DNA of 64,000 nucleotides from Mobula hypostoma (Eukaryota), in the NCBI RefSeq assembly GCF_963921235.1, contig NC_086101.1, positions 4,528,001 through 4,592,000 on the forward strand, in the 5' to 3' direction. How positions within the stretch are numbered: the stretch's first letter is position 1; the number at the start of each line of letters is the position of its first letter. Shown here one piece after another: positions 12,001 through 24,000 of the stretch. The translations under genes were made by a program, and so were the position numbers. A model generated the notes under the pieces. That model did no database searches, was not told the DNA's origin, and saw only the letters and a program-made list of their open reading frames with translations.

Positions 12001-15000
12001 TCTCCAGGGTCTGCATGATGTGTGAGGTCAGGGCCACTGGACAGTAGTCATTCAAGACTTTCGTTCAGCCCTTCTTGGGTACTGGGTCCAGACATGATGT
12101 TTTCCACACAGTCAGGACCCTTTCCAGGCTGCGACTCAGACTGAAGACGCACTGGAGAGCTCCACACAGCATCTGAGCACTCTCCTTCAGGACCTTGGGG
12201 TTCACACCATCCGGGCTCCCAATACTTTTGTCCGAGTTTCCCCAGAGCCCCTCTCCCCAGCTCAGCAGTGAGAATTAACACTCACTGGGCATTCACCCGT
12301 CCCGGAGCTGAATTATCCAAACTTCTCCCAGCTACACCTGCTGCTCGATCAGTGGGATTAGACTCCAAGCCTTCTGGGGTTGCTCCCCCTCACCTCCATT
12401 CGAAAAGGACATCCCTCTGTTCTGAGGCTGTGTCCTCTGGTCTTAGACTCTCCCACCATGGGAAACATCCTCCCCACGTCCTCTCTATCAAGACTTCTCA
12501 ATATTCAATAGGTTTCAATAAGGCCCTACCCCCAACAACAATTCTTCTGAATTCCAGTGAGTACAAACCCAGAGCCATCAAATGCTTCTCATATGACAAG
12601 CCTTTCAATTCCGTAATCATTTTTGTGAGCTTTCAATTCTCTCCAATGTCAGCACATCCTTCCTTAGATTTGGTGGGGGGGGGGTGGTCAAAACCACTCA
12701 CAATACTCCAAGCGAGGCCTCACTAGTGCTCTATAAAGCCTCATCAGTCCTCTCGTAATGAATGCAAACATTGCATTTGCCTTCCTCACCACAGACCCAA
12801 CCTGCAAGTTAGCTTTCAGGTTAGGTTAAGATTAAGTAGCTGGGCTTGCTGGCGGTGAGCTTCACTGGGCCTGGAAGGGCTGTTCCATGCTGTTTCTCTG
12901 AAATAAAGGACAGATTGTCCAAAAGATAAAATGTGCTGAGAACATTGGTTGTAGAAAGACCTTGAGAGCAAATCTGCAGGTTTTTGGACTAAGTTCAGTG
13001 TTGTGGTGAGTGAAGTTAACAATAGACAATAGGTGCAGGAGTAGGCCATTCAGCCCTTCGAGCCAGCACCGCCATTCACTGTGATCATGGCTGATCATCC
13101 ACAATCAGTATCCAGTTCCTGCCTTATCCCCATAACCTTTAAGAGCTCTATCCATCTCTTTCTTGAAAGCATCCAGAGACTTGGCCTCCACAGCCTTCTG
13201 GGGCAGAGCATTCCACATATCCACCACTCTCTGGGTGAAAAAGATTTTCCTCAACTCTGTTCTAAATGGCCTACCCCTTATTCTTAAACCGTGGCCTCTG
13301 GTTCTGGACTCACCCATCAGTGGGAACATACTTCCTGCCTGCAGCGTGTCCAATCCCTTAATAATCTTATATGTTTCAATAAGATCCCCTCTCAGCCTTC
13401 TAAATTCCAGAGTATACAAGCCCAGTCGCTCCAATCTTTCGACATATGACAGTCCCGCCATCCCGGGAATTAACCTTGTGAACCTACGCTGCACTCCCTC
13501 AATAGCAAGAATGTCCTTCCTCAAATTTGGAGACCAAAACTGCACACAGTACTCCAGGTGTGGTCTCACCAGGGCCCTGTACAAGACCTCGATGCTTTGG
13601 GAGAAATAACTTCCTGAACCTGTGTGGGTTCTGAGTTTCCTGTACCACTACCTGCTTGATGCTTGTTGGGAGAAGAGAGCACAGCCTCAACGGTGAGGGG
13701 CTTTCTTGTGGTGGCACTCCATGTCAATGTGGAGAAAGCTTTACCCACGATGAAAGGTTATTCTTACGCAACTAAACACTCAGAAATGCTCTAAGTGCAA
13801 AGTAAATTTGTTATCAAAGTACGTGCAGGTCTCCATATAAAATCCAGAGATTCAATTTCTTACAGGCATGCGCAGTAAATTCAAGACCCATATTGTTGTT
13901 GTCCGTCCATTGTTGACGTCGATGAGGACCTCAACACCATTATGATGGTGTCGAGACTGGCGCGTGATTTGGATTTAAGTGAGGGAGAGTTGCGCAGCGT
14001 CAGCCTCACTCTCTCTCCCCAATTCCCATCTGGATCCAGTGGCAAGACAGAGTCTAGATGGCTGGAGATGGGACTAGGCACAGTGGATGACCAGGACGTC
14101 TTCTGTGTCTTGTCCTGCTCTGCACGTTCCACGACGCTTGCAGAGACCACCTTCTTGACCGTTGGACCTTCCATTGGTCTCATCCACTCAATCCACCGGA
14201 GTCTGTCTTCACATGCTGGGATAGGCAACTCCCTATCTCACCGAGGGTTTGATTAGCCGGCTTGTCGAAGCCGTTGCCCGGGGTGTGGCCGCTGTCGCAT
14301 GCAAACAGCTACGGGGAGCCACAGGTGAGAGCTGAGTGCCAGGTGGGGACTAAAGGTGGACTAACCGCCCTGAAAAGGACGCGACATGTTCCCCCACCAG
14401 AGGTGCTACCCCTCCCTGACACTCCATACACCCCAAGACCCATAACAGAATCGATGAAGACCACACACAACAGGTTGGAGAAACAACCAGTGGGCAAAAT
14501 ACAACAAACTGTGCAAATAGAAAAGGAAAGGAAAAGAAATAATAATGATAATAAACAAATGAGCAAGACATATCAAGAGCATGAGATGAAGAGCCCTTAA
14601 AAGTGAATGCATAGGTTGTGGAACGGTTCAGTGTTCGGGTGAGTGAAGTTATTCTCTCTGATTAAAGAGCCTGCTGGTTGAGGGGTAATAACTGTTCCTG
14701 ACCCTGGTGGTGTGGGTCCTGGGGCTCCTGTACCTCCTGCCTGATGACAGCAGTGAGACGAGAGTGTGACCTGGTTCGTGGAGTCCCTGTGACGGATGCT
14801 GCTGTCCTGCAATAACACTGTCTGGATGTGCTTAGTGGTGGGGGGGGGTGTGGGGAGGGAGCTCTTTGCCTGTGATGGACTGGGTTGGAAGGTGATTCTT
14901 ACATAACTGAACACTTGAAGTATTCACCCTGAAGTGGCCAATCACGAGCAGAAAAACACGTTATTCCCTTCAGAGTCGGCTGCTGACTGTTTGTCAACAA

Positions 15001-18000
15001 CTATTCCCTGTGACTGGTCCCCTCTGGAGAAAGCTCCTGATCTTTGGAGTGAGTAATTCCCTTTTCACGTGTCTCCTGCAGCTGCCTCGGCCCTGGTGCT
15101 ATCAATGTGAGTTTGTTCTTCACCTGGGTCCGTTATCTCGGCCCTTGATCAGTTCCAACCAACTCCCCCGCCCACCATTGTACCTCTGCCAGTGCATAAG
15201 AATAGAAACAAGCTACAGAGAATTACAAATTCTGCGAGCTCCATCGTGGGCACTGGCCTCGCCAGCATCCAGGACACCTTCAAATGGGGATGTCTCAAAA
15301 AGACAGCATCTATAGAACATAGAATACTACAGCATAGTACAGGCCCTTTGGCCCACTATATTGTGCTGACCCTCAAACCCTGCCTCCAATATAACTCCCC
15401 ACCTTAAATTCCTCCATATACCTGTCTAGTAGTCTCTTAAACTTCACTAGTGTATCTGCCTCCACCACTGACTCAGGCAGTGCATTCCACGCACCAACCA
15501 CTCTGAGTAAAAAACCTTCCTCTAATATCCCCCTTGAACTTCCCACCCCTTACCTTAAAGCCATGTCCTCATGTATTGAGCAGTGGTGCCCTGGGGAAGA
15601 GGCGCTGGCTATCCACTCTATCTATTCCTCTTAATATCTTGTACACCTCTATCATGTCTCCTCTCATCCTCCTTCTCTCCGAAGAGTAAAGCCCTAGCTC
15701 CCTTAATCTCTGATCATAATGGATACTCTCTAAACCAGGCAGCATCCTGGTAAATCTCCTCTGTACCCTTTCCAATGCTTCCACATCCTTCCTATAGTGA
15801 GGTGACCAGAACTGGACACAATACTCCAAGTGTGGCCTAACCAGAGTTTTATAGAGCTGCATCATTACCTCGCAACTCTTAAACTCTATCCCTCGACTTA
15901 TGAAAGCTAACACCCCATAAGCTTTCTTAACTACCCTATCCACCTGTGAGGCAACTTTCAGGGATCTGTGGACATGTACCCCGAGATCCCTCTGCTCCTC
16001 CACACTACCAAGTATCCTGCCATTTACTTTGTACTCTGCCTTGGAGTTTGTCCTTCCAAAGTGTACCACCTCACACTTCTCCTGGTTGAACTGAGAATCC
16101 CCATTACCCAGGACATACCCTCTTCTCATTGCTAGCATCAGGGAGGAAGTACAGGAGCCTGAAGACACACACTCAATGTTTCAGGAGCTGCTTCTTCCCC
16201 TCCGCCATCAGATTTCTGAATGGACAATGAACCCATTGAACTCTACCTCACTACTTCTTTTTCCTCTTTTTGAACTATTTATTTAATTTAACTTTTTATT
16301 TTATATGTTTACTGTAATTTACAGTTCCTATAACTGCATACCGCATTGTACTAATGCCACAAAACAAATTTCACAACATGCAGTTTGTTCGTGGTATCAA
16401 CCTGATTCTGATTGTACGTGTTTCCTTAACCTCATCGATGATTAGATACCTCGCTACGTCAGGGCAGCCACTCTACCGGGTTGTCAGTGTCGGCAAAGCC
16501 ACACCCGCATGTGCCTCGATCCTGGGGAACGAAAGCTGCAGCCCAATGGTGAGTGTCCTGACCGGCCGCCGGTCGCTCTGCATGAGGCCTGGTGACATTA
16601 GATCAGGTGAGAGTCGAAACAGGGGGATTCGGTCGATGCTGGAAATTCAGAGCGACACACACAAAATGCTGGAGGAACTCGGCATCTAGGGAAAAGAGTA
16701 AACCGTCGACGTTTCAGGCCGAGACCCTTCATCAGGGCTCCAACATTTTGTGTGTATCAATTTATATAAGATTAAATTTGCTTTATTTGCCACATGTACA
16801 TCGAAACCTACAGTAAAGTGCGTCGTTTACCACCAAGTGTGTGCTGGCGGCCCACAAGTGTCACACACCTCCATTGCCAACGTAGCATGCCTACGACTTA
16901 CGTAGCCCAACCCATACTTGTTTGAAACGTGGGAGGAAGCAGGAGCACCCGGAGCAAATCCACGCTGCCACGCAGGAGGAATGCACAAATGCCTCGCAGA
17001 CGGTGGCGGAAATTCAACCTGGACCGCTGAATACTGGCACTGTCGAGCGTTTTGCTAGCCGCTACGCTGCCGTGCTGCCCTGTCCGCTGGCGTTGACCTT
17101 CCCTGACCTCTGGCCTTCGCCTCTGGGAGGAGAGGGTCCCCTCTGACGGGAACCGGGGGAACACTGAGGTGGTTGACAAGTTGGACCCGATGCTGCGCTG
17201 GAAGAGGCCTATGGAATATTTTGGTTCCCTCCTGAGGGAGGAGGATGAAAGCAGGTTTCGGGGGGGGGGGCAAAGGGAGGGTTCTGGATCTAATAATGCA
17301 TAGAAAAGGAAAACAGAAATACTGCAGGCACCGGGAGCTGAAACTATCAGAAACACTGAGCAGGTTGAGCAAAACAATGAATGTTTCGAGCCTTCCAGTG
17401 TTTCCATGGGGCCATAAAACAGGAGCAGAGATCGAATCGGCTCCACTATTCTATCATGGCTGATTTATTATCCCTCTCAACCCCATTCTCCTGCCTTCTC
17501 CCCGTAACCACTGACACCATGATCAATCAAGAACCTATCAACCTCCCCCTTAAATATGCCCAATGACCTGGCCTCCACAGCCACCTGTGGCAATGAATTC
17601 CACAGATTCACAACCTCTGGCTAAAGAAATTCCTCTTCATTTCTGTTCTAAAGGGACGTCCCTTTATTCTGAAGCTGTGCCCTCTGGTCCTAGACTCCCC
17701 CCACTATAAGAAACATCTTCACCGCAACTACTTTCAATATTCAATAGTTTTCAGTGAACCACCCCCCCCCCGCAATTCTTGCAAACTCCAACAAGTACAG
17801 GTACAGAAACATCAAATGCTCTTCATAAATTAACCCTTTTATGCCCGAGATCATTCTAGTGACCTTTGTCTGGACCCTGTCCAGTGCCAGCACATCTTTT
17901 CTGAGATGAGGGGTCCGAAACTGCTCACAATACGGCAAGTGTCTCAATGTTACATCCTTGTTTTTATATTCTAGTCCTTTCGAAATGAATACTAACATTG

Positions 18001-21000
18001 CATTCGCCTTCCTTACCACTGACTCAACCTGCAAGTTAACTTTAGGAATTCCGCATAAGGACTCCCAGATCCCTTTGCACAGGTGATTTTTGAATTTTCT
18101 GCCCTTTTGGAAAACAGTCTATGCCTCTATTCCTCCTAACGAAGTGCCTGACCGAATTTGTCCGAGTCCCTCTGCAGACGATCTGCCTGTTCAACGCCAC
18201 CGGCCCCTCCACCGATCTTCCCACCGCTCCATCCAAACGTCTGGCTGTTTCTACGTTTCTGTGGATGGCTGGTCCACCTCCACAGCCACGATTTTCAGAG
18301 TCTCCCATCCCTCCTCACTGAGTTCCTCCAGGCCCTCGGAGGTCAAAGAGTCACAGAGCACTACAACACAGAAACAGGCCCTTTGGCCCATCGACTCCAT
18401 AGAACATAGACATAGAACAGTACAGCACAGCACAGTACAGGCCCTTCGGCCCACAATGTTGTGCTGACCCTCAAACCCTGCCTCCCATATAACCCCCCAC
18501 CTCAAATTCCTCCATATACCTGTCTAGTAGTCTCTTAAACTTCACTAGTGTATCTGCCTCCACCACTGACTCAGACAGTGCATTCCACGCACCAACCACT
18601 CTCTGAGTGAAAAACCTTCCTCTAATATCCCCCTTGAACTTCCCACCCCTTACCTTAAAGCCATGTCCTCTTGTATTGAGCAGTGGTGCCCTGGGGAAGA
18701 GGCACTGGCTATCCACTCTATCTATTCCTCTTATTATCTTGTACACCTCTATCATGTCTCCTCTCATCCTCCTTCTCTCCAAAGACTAAAGCCCTAGCTC
18801 CCTTAATCTCTAATCATAATGCATACTTTCTAAACCAGGCAGCATCCTGGTAAATCTCCTCTGTACCCTCTCCAATGCTTCCACATCCTTCCTATAGTGA
18901 AGTGACCAGAACTGGACACAGTACTCCAAGTACGGCCTCACCAGAGTTTTACAGAGCTGCATCATTACCTCGCGACTCTTAAACTCTATCCCTCGACTTA
19001 TGAAAGCTAACACCCCATAAGCTTTCTTAACTACCCTATCCACCTGTGAGGCAACCTTCAGGGATCTGTGGACCCCAGATCCCTTTGCTCCTCCACACTA
19101 CCAAGTATTCAGCCATTTACAATAGTTCATGCCAGACTATTAATCTGCCTCGTCCCATTGACTGCACCTGGACCATACCCCTCCCATTCATGTACTCATC
19201 AAAACTTCCCTTAAATGTTGAAATCAAAACTGCATTTGAGTGAAGAAGTTCCCCCTCAGGTTCCCCTGAAACAGTTCACCTTTCGCCTTTAACCTACCTA
19301 TAGTTCTCATCTCACCCAACCTCAGTGGAAAGCGTCCGTGTCTCTTTACGCCATCGATACCTCTCTTACTTCTGAAAACCTCCATCGAATCTCCCCTCAT
19401 TCTCACTCGCTCTAGGAAATAAAATCCAAACCTATTCCCTTTCCCCGTAACTCAGGTCCTCAATTGCCAGCAACATCCTCGTCAACTTTTGCTGCACTCT
19501 TTCAATGAAGGAGGGAAGATTTGTGTTGGGAGATCACAATCGAAGTACGTAGATTCAGTTCTGACCTCCGCTCCCTCCCAGCCCAACGCCCCCCTCATTG
19601 ACAGTGTGAGCCCCGTAACCTGGGACTCCAGCCCTGTAAAGTGTACCTTCTCCAGAAACTGTAGCACTTTTTCTGCATTCTGTTACTGTCTTCCCTTGTT
19701 TGACCTCAATGCACTGGTCTGTATGGATGACATGCAAGACATTTTCAGTGTCCCTCAGTATGTGTTCCAAGGTCAAAGTAAATTTATCATCAAAGAACAA
19801 CTACGTCACTATGTGAAACTGAGATTTATTTTCTTGTGGGCATACTCAGTAAATCCAGGAAACACGATGGAATCAATGGAAGACCGTATCCAACAGGATG
19901 CACAAACAGCCAGTGTGAAAATACAAAAGAAAAATAATACTAATTAAATAAGCAATGAATATTGAGAAGATGAGATGAAAAGTCCTTGAAAGTGGTTGTG
20001 GGAGCAATTCAGTGATGGGCCAGGTGAAGCTGAGTGAAGCTATCGCTTTTGGTTCAGGAGCCTGACAGTTGAGGGGTAGTGACTGTTCCTGAACCTGGTA
20101 CAGCAGTGAGAAGAGAGCATGGCCGGGGTGGAGGGTGTTGATCTTGGATGCTGCTTTCCTGCGACAGCACTCCTCACAGACGTGCTCAATATGAGGGAGG
20201 CTTTCCCTATGAAGGACTGGGCTGTATCCACAGGATTTTCCGTTCGAGGGCATTGTCTTTGCACACCAGGCTGTGGCATAGCCAGTCAATATACTCTCAA
20301 CCCCACATCGACAGAAGTTTGTTGGAGTTTTAGGTGTCAGGTTGAATCTTCACAAACGCTGAGGAAATAGAGGCACTGCCAATAAAACAATTTAACAATC
20401 CTTAAATCCCGTAAGCAATTCCTTCACCCATTCCATAACCACCAGTCCTCTGAGTTTCCTTAAACCCATTCCTCATCCTGAACTCCTCCCTGAGTCTCCA
20501 TAAACCCATTCCTCCCCCCACACCCAAGTCTCCATAAATTCATTCCTCATCCCCCACTCCTCTCTGAATCTCCTTCAACCCATTCCTCATGCCCCACTCC
20601 TCCCTGTGTCTCCTTAAACCCATTCCTCATCTCCCATTCCTCCCTTCCTTAAACTCATTCAGTTAACAGACAACCTGGAGCCTCATCCCCCACTCCTCTC
20701 TGAATCTCCTTAAACCCATTCATCATGCCCCACTCCTCCCTAAGTCTCCTTAAACTCATTCCTCATCTCCTTGAGCTTCCTTAAAACCATTCCTCATCTC
20801 CCATTCCTCCCTTCCTTAAACCCATTCAGTTAACAGACCCCCTGCAGCCTTATCCCCCACTCCCCCCAAGTCTCCTCTCCCTCTGTGCATGGTTACAGGA
20901 CATAGAACACTACAGCACAGTACAGGTCCTTTCGCTTACAGTCTTGGGCCAATGTTCTCAACTGCCTGACTCTAACCCTTCCCTCCTCTGTCGCCTCCGT

Positions 21001-24000
21001 TTTTCTTCCGTCGATGTGGAGGGTATCGTGAGACTGATCTTGGAGTAGGTTAAAAGGTGTGCCCAACATCATTTAACAAAGGATCTGTACTCTGCTCTAC
21101 CATGAGGGTTTTGTGGGGGGCTCCCAGGGTAGTCCCATTCTCCAAGAAACCGAACTGGTGACCGAGGGGAGTGGTGCGAGCTCAGTTGCAGTGTGATGTC
21201 AGGCAGTGTAAGGAGGGGGGTAGATGAGGTGGGGAAGTTGGGGAATAAAGGGAGGGAGTGGAAGAAAGTTGAAGAGTCAGCGGTGGGCTGAGGGACGAGT
21301 AGTGACATGGGGCTGACAGATGGTGTGCCCCTGGGAGGGAGCATGGACAATCTGGAAGGGTCTTCTTTCTTCATAAGCCCATCGCCTCCGCTGGGGCATC
21401 TTCAGCCCCCCAGAGCGCTCTGTCCTGCCCTGGGCCACTCAAGGGATTGTTCCTGAGGCTCCCACAGAGTTGTGACTTTCACGACATAGCTTCATACATC
21501 TTCCAGAGGAGGATCCTCCCCCTCCCAGGGACAAGGTCTCTGCAGCCTCTGCGGGCGTTTCTGGAGCTCTGGGTTTTTATGGGACGGGGTTGGGAGTCCC
21601 GTGCCTGATCCCTCCCGTTTCGCAGCTGGGCTTGGGACAGTCCATGGCAGAGTTAACCTGGGAAGATGGGACAGACTAACCACCCCTTTCGTCCTCCCGT
21701 CCAGACCTTCAACGCGTCGGCGTACAGCTGTGACACGGTGAAGTGCGCCTTCTACAAGTACAATGAAGAGGGTATCCTCCAGCGCAACCTCTTCCAGCTG
21801 CAGATCTACAACATCATCGGCTTCCTGTGGTGCATTAACTTCGTCATTGCCCTGGGGCAGTGCACCCTGGCCGGAGCCTTCGCCTCCTACTACTGGGCCT
21901 TCAAAAAGCCTCAGGACATCCCCTACTTCCCAGTGTCTGGTTCCTTCATGCGTACCCTCAGGTGAGGAACATATTCCCCCCCATCGCTTGCTGAGTTTAA
22001 AGATAATGAGAAAGAGTGGCTTTATTTGTCACATGTAGATCAAAGTCCCACTGAAATGCGACACTTTTGTCAACAGCCAACGCCGTCTGAAGATGGTGTG
22101 GCACGGTTGTGTAGTTAGCGCAATGTGTTACAGTGCCCGCGACCCAGGTTCAGTTCCCGCTGTGCCGGTAAGACATTTGTACGTTCTCCCCGTGATCGCC
22201 TGGGTTTCTCCACGTGCTCCGGTTTCCTCCCACGTTCCAAAGATGTCCCGGTTGGCAGGCAAATTGGTTATTGTAAATTGTCCCGTGATTAGGCGAGGAT
22301 TAATTTGGGGGTTGCTATGTGGCGCAGTTCGAAAGTCTGTAAGGGCCTTTTCCGCGCTTCCAACACCAACATAGCACGACCACACTACCTAACCCTAACA
22401 CTTTGACACGTGGGAGGAAATGCCGAGAGGTGACATTGCAGCTGTGTGGGACCCTGGTTAGACCCCACTTGGAGTACTGTGCTCAGTTCTGGTCGCCTCA
22501 CTACAGGAAGGATGTGGGGGTGCAGAGGAGATTTACAAGGATGTTGCCTGGATTGGGGAGCATATCTTATGAGAATAGGTTGAGTGAACTCGGCCTTTTC
22601 TGCTTGGAGTGACCGAGGATGAGAAGTAACCAGGTGGAGGTGTATGAGATGATGATAGGCATTGATCGTGTGGATAGTCAGGGGCTTTTTCCCAGGGCTG
22701 AAATGGCTAGCACGAGAGGGCACAGTTTTAAGGTGCTTGGAAGTAGGTACAGAGGAGATGTCAGGGGTAAGTTTTTTACGCAGAGAGTGGTGAGTGGGTG
22801 GAATGGGCTGCCAGCAACGGTGGTGGAGGTGGATACGATAGGGTCTTTTAAGAGACTCCTAGATAGGTACATGGAGCTCAGAAAAATAGAGGGCTATGGG
22901 TAACCCTAGGTAATTTCTGAAGTAAGTACATGTTCGGCACAGCTTTGTGGGCCGAAGGGCCTGTATTGTGCTGTAGGTTTTCTATGCTTCTATGAAACCA
23001 GAGCACGTAGAAAATCCACATAGTCACTGGGAGGACATATAAACTCCTTAAGGACAGCAACGGGAAATGAACACGGATGGTGATCACAGGCGCTGTACAG
23101 CATTGTGCTAACTCTTGTATTACTGTTTGGCTGACTGACTGGTGTTGCTGCCTTCTGGATCATCATTTATTGAAGGCATTGACTCCTAATCAAACCATGG
23201 GGCCCAGCCCATCAACGCTCATGTTGTCTGGAACGGCAGGTTCTTACAGCCACAGCCTCTTCTTTTTTTCTTTAAATTTAAAATTCATAGATCCTCAAAG
23301 CCGTGCAAGTTGATAGGGTGGTTCAGCAGGTGCACGGTGTGTTGGCCTTCGTTAGTCGGGGCACTGAGTCCCAGGGTTGTGAGGTGATGTCGCAGCTCTC
23401 TAAAACCCTGGTTAGACCACACTTGGAAGTATTGGGTTCGGTTCTGGTCTTAATATTACAGGAAGGATGTGGAAGCTTTAGAAAGGGTGCGGTGGAGATT
23501 GATCAGGATGCTGTCTGGATTGGAGAGCATGTCCTATGAGGGTAGGTTGAGCGAGCTAGGACATGACTCTCTGAAGCGAAGGAGGATGAGAGGGGACTTG
23601 ATGGAGAAGTACAAGATAACGGGGCCACTAATCACAAGTGAGTTATTCATTTATTTGGAGTAGAACAGGCCCCTCTGACCCACCGAGCCTTGCCAGTCAT
23701 CGAGAGGTGGGGGGAGATTTTGTGACCAGGTGTTGTGTAGGTCCAGAGTTTCAGACTAACACCTGCAGCGGCTGGTTGTCTTGCGAGGAGCGGTTGGATG
23801 TGAGTGAGCCAGTGAGGGTGAAAGAGAGAAAGAAAGAAAAACACAAAGCTTTATAGAGGGTTCAGAGGAGATTTACCAGGATGCTGCCTGGATTAGTGAG
23901 CATGTCTTATTTTACTATCTCACCTGACTATAGGAAGGATGTGGAAGCATTGAAAAGGGTACAGAGGAGATTTACCAGGATGCTGCCTGGTTTAGAAAGT

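Larger units (their letters stand above)
8364..16445 (+). other. U12-type (minor spliceosome) GT-AG intron of SLC44A4
   Basis: 5' splice site GTATCCTT (8364-8371); branch site TTCCTTAAC (16422-16430) ending 15 nt before the exon; no polypyrimidine tract; splicing restores [11 protein letters not shown]. Confidence 0.9.
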
